DNA of 64,000 nt from Eledone cirrhosa. Lineage: Eukaryota. The notes under the pieces were generated by a model. It searched no databases. It had not been told where the DNA came from and saw only the letters and a program-made list of their open reading frames with translations. The position numbers were made by a program, and so were the translations under genes. Location of the stretch: the NCBI GenBank assembly GCA_964016885.1, contig OZ024741.1:297352001-297416000 (forward strand). Direction: 5' to 3'. Each line of letters opens with the position of its first letter. The stretch's first letter is position 1. This document shows, piece after piece, positions 1 to 12,985 of the stretch.

Positions 1-1051
1 AATCTTCCGGGTTCAATACACTCGACTTTATCCTCTCCTTAAATGGCTGGCTTTGTACCTAAACTAGAAACCATTATAACTTAAGTCGAAGCGATAGTCA
101 GGATTCATCAATCTGTAAGGAATACTGCTTGACAGACAATTTTAAAGAAATGGTTGTAGTTAGTCGTCGTGACTAAACGATAATTATTAGGGATATTCTT
201 CAATTAACATTGACTTAAATATTAGTGCCAAAACAACCGTCTAAAAAAACCCACGTTTTGGCATAAGACGTTGAGAGAATATGGAAATAAAAATGCAAAA
301 CTATCACAAAATGTGATTAACAAATAAAACGAAATTCAATTAAGATATATTTAATTAGCAAAAGATTCACTTTATTTCCAAAGGTAAACAGATTTACTTC
401 GAAAATCCCCCAGAAGTTTCAGTTTCAAAGATAACCTGTTTTGATTTAGATACAATATTTTAATGGGAGTGTTTGACAACCAGGAACTTTACAAGAATAA
501 TAAAATTGAATGTAAATCTAATATAATGGGAAAAACCAAGATTTCATTAAAATTAGGGTGGAAGGAATCATGAAAAAAAAAAAAAGAGAAATAATTTATT
601 ATAAATTCTAACAAACTGCGAAATTGATTTATTACGAAAAAAAAAAAAAAAAAAATCAAACCTAAATTTAAAATTTGTAGTATAAATAAAAAAAAAACAA
701 TCTGTCTTCGGATTAAAATAGTAATTTTATGCTCAAATATTCTCCGAAAATGTTAAAAAAAAAAGAACAAAAAACATGGAACTAGAAATAGACCCTCATT
801 TTATGGTCAACTCAGTGTTGGCATCTGGGGTGGATGATCAACATAGCCACCCCATAGGTAAGGTATAGGGCTGCTTCAGGAGAATAACTGTTGCAGATTG
901 ACTAGTTATCATTCGTTTTAAGATCAGACAAATTCTGGTAATTTCCGTAAGAGGAAAAAATTGACAACAGTTTGATACAATCGGCAATAATCGTAAATGA
1001 AATTAAAAGTGAAAAGAAAGTGAACGTTGCCGAGTGTATTTTCTATATAAT

Positions 1052-1138
1052 AATTGTTTCTACTTTAGGCAGAAGGCCAAAATTTCCCAGTGCATTACTG
1101 GTACTTTATTTTATCGACCCCGTAAGGATGAAAGGCAA
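1052..1138 (-). mobile_element. Truncated SINE (3' part)
   Basis: Reverse complement of the GCCTTTCATCC..GGGGTCGATAAAATAAAGTAC domain in the full SINE at 57.2 kb. Confidence 0.8.
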
Positions 1139-1690
1139 TGAGAGATGATTTATAAATAAACAGGTGTAGATATTACGTGATCATTATATATATATATATA
1201 TATATATGACGTGTGCGTGTGTGTTTATATGTTTATGTATAAACGTGTGTGTATGTAAATATGTGAGTATATGAATTACTATGAAAAAATAAGTATTTTC
1301 AGAGAAAATGAAGTATGAAACTGAAAAATGTTTAAAATCAAGTGAATTAATATCAAAGAAAATGGGTAAAAATTACTTTAAATGGTATTAAATCGAGTGT
1401 GGCACATTTTAAAAATAGCATTAATGTACATAAATGTATTGTGTGTTGATGGAATCAACGACGAACCTTTACGAAGATTACCGGAAGTTGTCTGTAACGT
1501 TAATACGAAGGATTTACCTGGCAGATGTATTCATACTGGATTCATTAATGATAAAAGCAGCTGAAATGTTGCCGGAGCAGGGCGGAAGACGAATTCTCAG
1601 TTAGTTTCTCCAATCTCCCTTCAATTACTCTAACACTAACGATAGTAAATTACAATAAAACAAACATATATATCCCTTATTCCCAGAATG

Positions 1691-1846
1691 AAGTGGCGAA
1701 TTAAGGGTGGGGCTGACTTGACTGTAGCCACAGACCCTCAATGTTGAAAGGGACCCAAATTATTTATTTATTATTATAATTTTTTTGCTACCATAAATAT
1801 AATGAAATATTGAACCACAGGCACCGTGGTGCTTAATCCGCCCCAG
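1691..1846. mobile_element. hAT-like MITE
   Basis: Imperfect TIRs AGTGGCGAATTAAG ... CTTAATCCGCCCCAG; cccagaa occurs on both flanks. Confidence 0.55.
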
Positions 1847-1898
1847 TCCCCAGAAGCAGAATACTTGGATGAAGTTATTAATGTAAATGTTTTCTCAC

Positions 1899-2232
1899 CT
1901 GAGAGTGTATGGAAGGCGGAAAGTGTAAAAGGGAAGCGATGTCGAGAGCTCGAAAGTTAAGGTAACGACGGTAAGGCCGACCACTTATAGGCGTTCGACG
2001 CCATACTAGTTAACGTTTAATGTCGGCGAGATATGGCGAGATCTCGATTATCGTCACCATGGACGATGAGAGTTGCGAACGGTGCCACGCGGTCTTCGTC
2101 TCCTACAACTGTTTCATAACTTTGTGGTAGAATCCAATGTTATTTGTAATTCTGAGCCATATTAAGCCATGGCCGGCACCTGAAGCTTTCAGTATTCCAG
2201 ACCCTCCTCTGGTACTTCAATCTTTCACCCAG
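1899..2232 (-). other. Candidate non-coding leader exon of a minus-strand gene running off the left edge
   Basis: CpG-rich island; minus-strand acceptor CTTTTCTCTGTAG| at 2233 and donor CAG|GTGAGA at 1899; no long ORF, five short AUG ORFs. Confidence 0.4.
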
Positions 2233-2739
2233 CTACAGAGAAAAGTTGACACTGCTATGGTATATTTAAATTAATACAATAAATTATCAAATAGAAATGT
2301 TTACAATATACAGTGGAAGGAAATTACTTATTCATCACCATCACCGTTTTCCGTCACATCCTAAGCTGGCATGGTTTGGATGGGTTGTCACGTTCTGAGA
2401 TTAGACACATGAGAAGACCACGTCTCATACTTTTCATTTTGCTATGATTTCTCTACGTTTGCATGGACTGGTTATTGTGTTTTAATATAGTCTATTTTAA
2501 AATTCTACAACGATATAGATATAGTATACTTAAAAGAATATATATATATATGAAGCGAAGTTAATGGTTGTTGAGGATGATAAACATGACAAATATAATC
2601 ATTTTGGTTAGATATATAACTTTACTTCACTTCGGTTAAAAAGGAAAAAGAATATAATTACTTTGAATCATAAAAATATAAAGTTTGATGGTAGCACTCA
2701 TAAATGAATAGTGTTTAAAAAAAGGCTTCTGTGTTGTCT

Positions 2740-3100
2740 GTATGAAGAGGCAGAGGATTCTGTGTGTAGTTGAATTGCTGTCGGGCCCTTGTTGACTAGG
2801 CCGAAGTTTTATTGCTAAGTGCTACTGTGAAATCTGTCCGGCGATTTTTTCCTGAGACATTCTAACTATGTGCCCATTATCAAGAGCTGTGATCTCTCAA
2901 TTTGGAGAAATAGTGACCCTTTGATCTCCGAGCTACGCACTTTATCGAGTAATGTTACTCCAATGACCCTTTGGAGGAATCCCATTTTGGCTGAAGCAAA
3001 TGAGTCTGCATTTTACACACTGAATGCTGAAGTTGGTGCATTACTGCACCAGCTCCTGCTATTCTTGCACTTAATTCAGCCTCATGCCTTCCATCACTCA
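2740..3100 (-). mobile_element. RTE-type LINE 3' fragment
   Basis: SDGRHEAELSARIAGAGAVMHQLQHSV is homologous to the element at 38538-39498. Confidence 0.75.
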
Positions 3101-4004
3101 GGACATACCCCCAAACAAAAATCCCAGTGGACAAATCCTGTGATAAAATCCCACATAGTAATGTAGTGGATAAATGTATTACTTTCAAGATGAATGATAA
3201 AAAGAATAATGCCAGAATTGTGATGCTGACAATTGTGTGTTGTGATGTTTATTTTACAATAACAATATTCACTTCTTGGTACATTGAGCATCGAGTAATA
3301 AACTTGTGGCAGCAATTATCACTACATTATTTTCTGTCTAGCTACTTCGAGCTAGCGTGTATGCATGTATCAATACAACAATATAATAGACGTGAAATAA
3401 CAGGAAGACAAAAGATTAGTGAAAAACATAAGTAAACCTACTGCGTGTGTTTGAATGTATCCATGCTGTAGTTAGTCAATTTTGCCGACTTTGTATTAGA
3501 TGTGAGAATATAGTAAACAAACTGGTTTTCGTGAAGAGAAATTTCTCAGTGTTAGCAGAACTTTCTTCTCATGTCTGTGTTATCACTATGTCTGCTGGTG
3601 TAGTCTATGGCCGAGAAGGTAAGAGACAGTAAGGCCAGGAGAGAGAATGGGTAAAAGTGAATTGGCTACATCGTAATCTCTCACAGATTGCTGCTTCGTG
3701 TCTCTCTGGTGGATTCCCTAAGTACTTGTACTTATAATAACCCTATAGCTAGAAGGATGTGTATATGGGTTGATTTATGAGTAGCCATATGTGTTTCATC
3801 TGTCAGGGACCTAGGGTCACAGGTCAAGTGGTATGTATGTATGTTTATCATACTTGTCTCTTGACAGGACAATGGTGGGAAACTCCCAATAATGGGTGGT
3901 CCCAGAGGCGAGAACTCGATTCGGTTTTGAATCTTTGCCGGTAAAACATAGGAGTATTCTGTTACAGTAAAAAAAATAAAACATTAAAACCATCATTTTT
4001 ATAT

Positions 4005-4925
4005 CCATTTTTCCACACTTGCATGGGTTGGATGGTTCTTTTTAAGCACAGCATCTCTCCACTCAGCGTGTTCCTTCGTCATCTTTTCTGTGAGTCTCAG
4101 TGATTTGAGATCAGCTCTCACCACTTCCATCTAGATCTTCATTGGTCATCTTCTATTGCAGCTTTCTTCCAGTGGGATTTCCTGGTACTTCTTCACCCAT
4201 CGAAAATCATCCATGCGCATCATATGTCCATACTAACACAGTCTTCTCTCCTGCACGCCACTTCGGATTCCCCCTTAATCCAGCTTCTCCCTCAGATCAC
4301 CCAAACTCTGCTTTTTTCTCACATCTATTTTGCAGATCCAGCGAAGCATAACTGCTTCATTTCTCTCCAGTCTGCACATGTCTTCTGCAGTCACTGTCCA
4401 TGTTTCACTACCATGCAGGATCGCACTCCGTACACAGGCAGTTTTTAATATCTAACATTATGAAATGTAATTTATCTGATGAAGAATAAACTAAAACTAA
4501 TTTCTATAAACAAATAAACTAATTCAAATTTAGTATTATTTTTGATTATGTGGAGATTTTGTCTGGTGGGTTGGGGTTTTTGTTTCAGTCTTCATCTATT
4601 GCAGCTTCCTTTCACTCAGCATTCATCATCCATATGCATTACATGTTCATACCACTTGGGATCTTCTCTCTTACATACTACATCTGATTCCTCTTGTACC
4701 CAGTTTTTCTTTCAGTTCAGCCTTGCCTTATCATTCATACATTACACATTCAATGGAGCATGTTCACTTCATTTCTATCCAGTCATCATATATCCTTTGT
4801 TTTTGCCACCCATATTTCACTGCCTTGCAACATCACACTTCTCATATAGGCATCATACAATCTACCTTTTGCTTATAGAGAAAATCCCTTTGTTGTCAAC
4901 AAAGGTAGTAGCTTCTTAAACTTTT
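4005..4925 (-). mobile_element. Two RTE LINE 3' fragments
   Basis: Reverse complement resembles the C-terminal RT region and tail of the 35-38 kb LINE (SMLR.., GHMMRM motifs; catttttccacacttgcatgggttgg tail). Confidence 0.7.
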
Positions 4926-5889
4926 CAGCTGAAGCTTCAGTGGAAGACACTTGCTCAAGGTGCCACACAGTTATACTGAACACAGAATCATGTGGTTGTG
5001 AAGTAAACTCCTTAACAGTATAGCCATGTCTGAATTTTCAGAAACTCTGTCCATGTGATGTTGTTTTTCTATTAAATAGCATTATAGATACATGTCTGGA
5101 ATATACAATATGATCTTCAAATGTGGAATGGCACATAGTGTTATACAAAACATGAAGTTGTAATAGGGATATGTTGAACTCAACGTGGCTGGTTTCTTAT
5201 AGCTATTGGAGTCTGGAAGCCTTCACTGTAATCATGGTAAATACCTAAACAGGAGGAACCTTTGTGTGTTGAAAGAGAGTAATTCACTCATCTAAGATAT
5301 CACATTTGCAATACTTTCTCTGATGTCTACACATTCACTTCAGCAATAAACCTGGCTTTCGTTGCCCTCAACACAGATGAGTGGAAGATATCTACTCATG
5401 GTTCTCGAATAATTGCCCCACCTCTATTAATTTTTCAGACATTTCTTCAATTTTTATTCCATCCCCTTGCTTATTAAATTTTGCTAATCTATCTCTGGCA
5501 AAATTTTATTTTAAATGGTAGTATTCTTGAAACAATTTTCTTTAGACATTAAAAAGCATTATACATGACAAAAAAAGAACATTACAAGATATCCCAGATG
5601 GTATAAAATACTAGACCACCCGTGACTCGTTGGGTCACGGGTAGTCTAATAATATATATAGAGATAGTGTTATAATATATAGAAAGAGAGAGGGTTATAA
5701 TATATAGAAACAGAGGGGTTATAATATATATAGAGTGTTATTGGTTATCACAGAGCTGTTGGCTATTTATGAAAGACCTGGAAAAACCCTATATCTCAGG
5801 ATTTACACGAAACTTGTATTTCCTTTCAAAGTATTTTCCCATTATGCGCCGTTTTGGCTGTATTGATTACAGACAAGCACACAATCATA

Positions 5890-6910
5890 GTGGGCTAGAG
5901 AGAGGAGGGAGAGAGTTTATTGGCTTAGTGAGAGAGGGGGAGTTGTGAGAGAGAGTGAGGTATGTAGTGGGATATAGAGCGCAGGAGAGTATTTGTTGAT
6001 TTAGTGAGAGAGGGGGAATTGAAAGAGAGTGTGATATATAGAGGAGGGGGTGAATTTGGTAGCCTAGTGTGAGAGGGGAAATTGTGAGAGAGAATGAGAT
6101 ATGTCGTAGGATAGAGAGAGGGGAAGAGAGTTTGTTGGTGTAATAAGAGAGTGAGAGAGTGAGGTTTGTAGTAGGATATAGAGAAGGGAAGATTAATTGG
6201 TGGTCTAGTGAGAGAGAGGGAATTGTGAGAGTGAAATAGAATTAGGTATGTTGTGGAATATAGAGAGGGTGAGAATTTGTTGCTCTGGTGAGAGAGGGAC
6301 AATTAAGCGAGTGAGGTATGTAGTAGAATATAGAGAGGGGGAGAGAATTTGGTGGCCTAGTGAGAGAGGGGGAATTGTAAGACAGAGTGAGATATGTAGT
6401 AGGTTATAGAGAGGGGCAGAGAGTTTGTTAGCCTAGTGAGAGAGAGGGAATTGTGAGAGAGTGTGAGGTATGTAATGGAATATAAAGAGGGGAAGAGAAT
6501 TTGGGGGTCTACTAAGAGAGGGGGAATTGTGAGAGTGTGAGGTATGTAGTGCGTATAGAGAGGGGGGGGGTTATTGGCCTAGGGAGAGAGAGGGGGCATT
6601 GTGAGAGTGAGAGAGAATGAGGTAGGAAGTGGCATACAGAGAGCGAGAGAGTATCTGTTGGTTTAGTGAGAGAGGGGGAATTAAGAGAGTCAGTTTTGTA
6701 GTTGAATATAGAGAGGGAAAGAGAATTTGGTGGTCTAGTGAGAGAGAGTGAGTATGTAGTGAGATATATAGAGTGGGAGTGAATTTGGTAGTCTAGTGAG
6801 AGAGGTGGAATTGTGAGAGAGTGAGGTATGTAGTGGAATATAGAGAACTGGAGAGAATTTGTTGGTTTAGTGAGAGAGAGGGAATTGTTAGAGAGTGAGG
6901 TATGTAGTGA
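5890..6910. repeat. Purine-rich minisatellite, ~70-75 bp unit, ~14 degenerate copies
   Basis: Repeating agtgagagagggggaattgtgagagagtgaggtatgtagtggaatatagagagggg...tttggtggcct. Confidence 0.9.
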
Positions 6911-7249
6911 GATAAATGCATGGAAGGAGGATGTAAAATGATGATGATGATGATAGAGCTTGCTCAGACTTATTTGATTCATTCGTGATCTTGTATAGCA
7001 TATAAGAGGTCAGCAGATGCAAATCTAAAGCCTGTACAGAGCTGGTTGATGAAGGTTTTTTGTTGCAGAGCAGCCAACTTGTATATGTGTTATGGTATCC
7101 ACTAATGAATTCTTGCTTATATCTCCAGTAATGTCCAGTATACGTCTCCCTCTAATAACATTACTGATCGGAATGGATCCATGCATGCTTGGTCCCATAA
7201 CACCCAAGGGAGTTGTAAGGGCGCTGTATTGACATACAGATTTTTTAAA

Positions 7250-8690
7250 ATGATAATAATAATGAAAATTATTGTGTACAGTGTTCAGGTGTACTACAAC
7301 TCATCAAAGGTGCATGTATAGCACATAGAATAATGTACAAATCTCAGGAAAGTGAACAGTGTATGATTCGTGATATACACACAGACACACACACACATAT
7401 GCACGCATGTATATGGAGGGGAATATCAGGTGTAGTGTTGGAGAATTTGGGGAAGCATGGAAGTTTTGAAAGATGTAGTGTCCCAGCAGCTAACAACTGA
7501 TGCAGGTAGTTTGTTCCATGCTTCAGCAACTCTGAGCGTGAAAAAATGTTTCCGAAAGTCATGGGAGTTATATTGTTTTCTGATTTTGTAAGCATGTCCA
7601 TAGGTGTTAGACATATGGAATTCCAAAAAGTGCTCAGGGTTGTTGTTGGAAAGATGATTGATAATCTTGTGGATCTCTATCAAGTCAGTTGCCAGATGTC
7701 AGAGCTTTAATGCCCAGGGAAGCATAGCATTGAGAATATGGTAGATGCCTGATGGAAGGTATTCTTTTGGTTGCACATCTCTGAACAGTTTTCAAGAGAT
7801 CAATATTCTGGGCAAGATAGGGATTCCAGACTGGTGATGAAAATTCTAAGTGTGGACGCATCATAGCTATATACAGCTTTAAATAGATTGCTGGAGAGCG
7901 GCTGACAAAGGTCTTACTGAGTGATACTAAAACACCCTCAGCCTTCTTGACAATTTTAGAGATGTGCTTTGTCCAACACAAATCGCTGTTGACAATAATG
8001 CCCAGGTCACATTCAAAAGAAGACTTCTTGAGTTTGGTGTTGTGGAGGGAATATGTGAACGCTAGGTTTTTTCCAACCAAAATGTATGGTGGTACATTTG
8101 TCCTCAGCCAACTTGAGTTGCCTGTCTATAATTCATTGCTGCACTGCATCCAGGTCTGATTGCAGGAAAGATCTATAGCATACAGGATCTATCCTTTTTA
8201 TCTCAAGGTACAGCTTGGTTTTAACTGCGTATTTCAGCACTGTCGCATTCTTTAAATCAGCATCTATGTCATTAATATATGCAACACACAAAAGGTACTA
8301 AGAACAGATCCCTGTGGTACACCAGATGTCATCTCATAGGGTGAAGAATGCTGTCCTAGAACTGTGACTACCTCTTTTCGACTGAGAATGGAGGTCTTCA
8401 ACCAGTTATAAAGATCATCTCTGACACCCATTGCGGAGAGTTGTCCCACAAGTCTTTTGTGTGGCACAGAATTAAAAGTCAAAATCAAGAACATACACCC
8501 ATGAGTGATTTGGGTAATGTCTTCAAGAAACTTGATGAGTTGATCACAGCAGCTGGAGTTAGGGATAAATCCAAATTGCAAAGGCTGGATAAGACTCTGA
8601 GAGTTCCAGAAGTTCTAGTGTTTCTCTGACATTGGACTCCATCAGTTTCATGATGCAGCTAGTAAGACTGACTGGATGATGTGTGATCAC
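7250..8690 (-). mobile_element. CR1-clade LINE remnant (RT, frameshifted)
   Basis: QFGF..SC..QL, SGVPQGSVL, ECDLGIIV, RPHLEFSSPVWNPY, VQRCATKRIP, FFTLRVAEAWNKLP in broken minus-strand ORFs; (ATT)n-like tail near 7255. Confidence 0.9.
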
Positions 8691-8744
8691 CCTTCCAAAG
8701 AAGAATAGAGAGAATGAGAGAATGGAAGAGAGGAAGAGATACAG

Positions 8745-8910
8745 AGGAAGAATCAACCTCAGCACTTGACTGGTACTTTTTTTTATTGACCTTGAATGGA
8801 TGAAAGGCAAAGTTGACTTCAGCGGGATTTGAATTCAGAGAGAAGAGAGCCAAAACTAATACTCCAAAGCACTCTATCTGATGTTCTAACAACTCTGCCA
8901 ATTTGTTGCC
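8745..8910 (-). mobile_element. tRNA-derived SINE, degraded
   Basis: gatgaaaggcaaagttgac..gggatttgaattc (B box in reverse); same family as 57.2 kb. Confidence 0.75.
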
Positions 8911-8920
8911 CTATAGTGTA

Positions 8921-9060
8921 CCCATACAATAGCACTAATTTCACAGTGACTCTGAAGAAGCTTCTTTTAACATTATCTGATAATGATTTCTTAATTATTA
9001 TCAGATGATCTTAAGAGAAAATCTTCAGAGCCACTGTGAAATTAGTGCTATTGTATAGGT
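8921..9060. repeat. ~140-bp imperfect palindrome
   Basis: atacaatagcactaatttcacagtg.ctctgaaga ... tcttcagag.cactgtgaaattagtgctattgtat. Confidence 0.9.
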
Positions 9061-10929
9061 CCATTGCAATCACAGATATCATCTTATAATGATAACTTTC
9101 AGAGGACAGTGAGGACATCGACAACAGCCAGTGCTTTTGTGAGATATGATGTTGTTTGAGGCAGATGTATTTTATTTATTTTTAAGTTTTGAGATAAAGA
9201 TCCATAATTTACGCCAATTTTTTTCCAAGTTATATAGAAAGATGGTGACTTCTAATGGTATCTACATTAGCGATCTAATGACTTACCATTTGTAGTCTAA
9301 TTTGAAAAAAGAACCCATTAAAATGAATGTTAGATAATAATTTTGTTTGCATAAATAATTAAACATATATCCCTGTCTAACCCATGCTAGCGTGGAAGAA
9401 CGGACGTAAAACGGTGATGATGATGATGATTCAAGCTTATTTTTTTAACGTTTTATTATTTACCTAATTTCACAAGTGTCATTTGTTTATAACCAAATGT
9501 ATGGTGTTGTTGGGGGAAGATTTTTACTATTTTTTCTAACAGTTTAATTACTTCATAGATCAGGGGTTCTAAAACTGTTTTTTTTTTACTGACAGCTCAC
9601 TTTAGAACAAAAATATTTAGCATACTTTGTACCTACATTCAAAAGAGGCAGTTATACATATTAGCATAATATAAAGTAAAAATATAGATAATTAAAAATA
9701 CATAAAAATCATTTGTACTTCCTTTTTAACATATTTTTTATTTCACTAAATTATGCTTAGAAATAAATACAATTTATATAATAAAAAAAGGGAAAAGTGG
9801 GAGAAGACATGCACATGCCACAAAGCAAGCTAACACACTGGCAGCATTATCATGGTTGATAGCTGCTGGAATAACCAAAGCATCCTCACAGGCATCATTT
9901 GATATGTCAAAGCAAGTCACCAACAATGATAAGAAGCTGGTTGTCAGCAGCCCAGCTCTTCCAAACATCTCAAATGGCACAGGGTGAAAAAAATACTTTG
10001 CCAATAATTCCTTGCATTTTATAATTTTAATCTGTTTAACCAGAGCAAGGCATCAACCCTGTCCTTTAAAAATTTGACACTCACAGAAAGTAAGCAACAA
10101 CTTGAGAATGGGTCAGATTAACCAAAAAGAGTGTTAAAATGTCTCTTGAATGTAAGTTATCCTAGACTCTTTTCTTAAATCTATCCTACACTAGGAACAG
10201 ACAAATGAAGTTCCTTCCACTGTAGTAACTTCATCCACCTCACTGTTGGAATTAGTTTATGTTGGAAAGGATGTGACCCAACAGAAGGAAGCAAGCATAG
10301 ATGGAAAAAAGAAAGCAGGAAGACAGAGACAAACATATGCATAACCTAGACTCCCAAATCGTTTGGGCAATGCAACCTGGTCATGGGACTTTGGAGGTCT
10401 AACATTGACCAAGCATTCAAATTTCTCGAATATTAGGTTGTTCTTTAGTGAATAAATGGAGCAAAGTTATCAATTTGAAACAGTTTTTTTGGCAATTTTT
10501 TTCATTCTTAGTTTTAATTATTTCCCACCTTGGCAGTTATATATGAACTTTATTATGAATTTAATTTTGTATTTTCCACATTTTGAAATGGAATCCTGCT
10601 CTTTTGCAAACATTTTGTGACGAACAAGCGTGTTTAGGAACAACTGTCGTAGATTATTCTTGCTTGTGAGGGAGTCAGTTACATGTAACGTCAATATTTA
10701 ACCAGGAAAACTGACTTCTCTTAATTAATGCACTTTGTGTAACACAATGACTACAACAAATTTCCATCTTATTACTGTGAAGTCAGTAATAGTTAAAGCC
10801 AGTGCCGTATTATTCATAAGGTTGACTAGACTGAAGCCTAGGGACTTGGCTTTGAGTTAATATGGTACTGGTTACACATCTTGTTTGACATACCCACTTC
10901 TGTACATTCAAACAGTGTGAAGTATTTCC

Positions 10930-11490
10930 ACGTTAGATTTTACGTTGCCTCTTGTTTAAGAGTGTTGAACCCACGATCATTAAAGTCGCGGGGTGATTTT
11001 TGGATTGGAGAGTGCATTGTGTTCTTAAACAGAATACTTTATTTTACGTTGCTCCAAGTGTTAGTCGTTGTGGCCAGCAGTTAGTATCAGCAACGGAAAT
11101 ATCTTTGGTCCAATCTGCTGATCGGTTCCTTTTTTCCCTTTAAAATAAAAAAAACACAACAACTATGTAACTAAACATTAAAAATGAAATTATCTTATCG
11201 ACTAATTAAAAGAAATAATAATTCTAATTTTAATTATTATTATTAACAAGATTATTAATGTAAAAGATATGAAACTGTTAAAGAAAAAAAAAAAATGTTC
11301 AAGGGAGGTAATTGCTGAGAGGGCGTTGCAAATGATTTGTATAATTGTTTTCGTTGTTCATATGATGGCATCGCCGTAATAGCATGCTGTCACTTCACCT
11401 CGGCTATTTTCTCTCTTCTCCCTCTCGAAAAGAGCCACCACAATAAATTTGCTGCCTTTGAAATCCTGTATAGTGCCTATTTTTTTCGCG
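10930..11490. promoter_or_regulatory. Probable MINDY3 promoter/5' UTR region
   Basis: Unique sequence with raised CpG directly upstream of the ATG; CCAAT at ~11110 and ATTGG at ~11004; pyrimidine tract at ~11405-11426. TSS not determinable. Confidence 0.5.
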
Positions 11491-11596
11491 ATGGCTTCTC
11501 GGGAGACTAAACTGGATCCAAATCTTCTGCAGGCCGCACGGAAATTATTATGGGGAAACAGAGTGAAAGAGGAAGTATTTTCACGTTGGTCACAAG
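11491..11596 (+). CDS. MINDY3: MINDY3/FAM188A deubiquitinase, coding exon 1
   Basis: ATG at 11491; MASRETKLDPNLLQAARKLLWGNRVKEEVFSRWSQ resembles the MINDY3 N-terminus (L.WG...F.RW.QG); donor CAAG|GTAGG, phase 1. Confidence 0.93.
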
Positions 11597-11624
11597 GTAG
11601 GCTTACTAGCGATTTCATTTTACG

Positions 11625-11676
<52 letters not shown>

Positions 11677-12488
11677 AAATATATATATTTTGGTTATATG
11701 CATGTACTTTTTGTTATTCTTTTTGTTGTACTATACCTATTCATTCGAATTATATGATACTTTCTTATAAGAGAGAAAGTAGACATGCTGATAATGTTTA
11801 CACATGAAATATATTTATATGTATATAATGTCAGATTTGACATAAATAAATGATACTAATGTTTATATATATACTAAATCATGATTTGCATATATAAATT
11901 CATCGTTTAGTCGAATCTTAAACCATGAATTAAATAAAAACGTTTACCTCTGTTTACATATCAAGGGTTCATTTTTTCGTAATACGAAAAATACGTTTAA
12001 CCACACACACACACACACATATATCTATATATATAATGCAATATATATATATGCAAACTCATTATGGTCTACATATATAAATGCATGGTTTAGCCGAAGC
12101 TGAAACCATGGATTAAATATTATACGTTTACTTGTATGTTTACATGTCAACGGCTCAGACTTTCGTAATATGATATTACAATTCACACACACACACACAT
12201 ATATATATATTAAAATATACATATCATTTTCCTGCATATTATTCGGTCTATATGTATGTGTACAAAATGCTGTGTTTTTCAAACGATATATGCTTCTTTC
12301 TCTACATATATTTTTCAAATTTAAATTATTGATGCTCTGAACAAAGGTCGATTGGGCTTATTTACTGAGAAACATGATCATCATATATATTAAATATGTG
12401 TTGATACCATAACATAGTATATAAATATATATATTCAAAGTCAGGGCGCGCAGGACAAAGACAATGGAAAAACAACCGAAAGACGGAC

Positions 12489-12535
<47 letters not shown>

Positions 12536-12561
12536 GTATGTGGTTGACGGCTGAGAGAAAA

Positions 12562-12730
12562 GAGTACTCAATACTGAAGTAGAGTTTAAATATTAATTTT
12601 ATTAAGGCTAAATTAAATAGTGAGTCTTTTTACTCTGGAGTTTCGCCTGTTTATCACAGGGTCATCAGACAAGAAGACCCTGTGGTAAACGAGCGAAACT
12701 CCAGAGTAACAAGACTCATTATTTAGCCTT
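12562..12730. mobile_element. Penelope-like pLTR palindrome with hammerhead motif (intact core on - strand, 12625-12674)
   Basis: Minus strand TCTTGT-CTGATGA-CCCTGTGATAAACAGGC-GAAA-CTCCAGAG-TA-AAAAGA; the + arm repeats the motif without CTGAT; same family as 25897-26076. Confidence 0.75.
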
Positions 12731-12953
12731 GAAATGAATATGTATATATATATATATATACATGCACATACTGAAATAAGTGTTTTCAATACAAGTCTAC
12801 TTAAAGCAATCAAACATTAACTGAATGAACACTCGATACATGTGAGTTGAGTGTAAGAAAAATAGCATTGACTGTGAAGTTTCAGCTCTTGCTTCATCTG
12901 GTTGTGCAATGATTGATATCAGTATGATTGATATCAGTAAAAGTTTGTGTGTG

Positions 12954-12985
<32 letters not shown>

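Noticed and set aside
5925-6982. Ser/Leu/Pro-rich minus-strand ORFs
   Set aside because: Translations of the purine-rich minisatellite
9562-10115. hAT-like element containing a 76-aa ORF
   Set aside because: Left end CAGGGGTTCTAAAAC is hAT-like but the right TIR and TSD are too degenerate; ORF unrecognised
12335-12385. Another hammerhead (ctgaaca..gaaacatgatc)
   Set aside because: Core has mismatches and stem II does not pair; too weak to call
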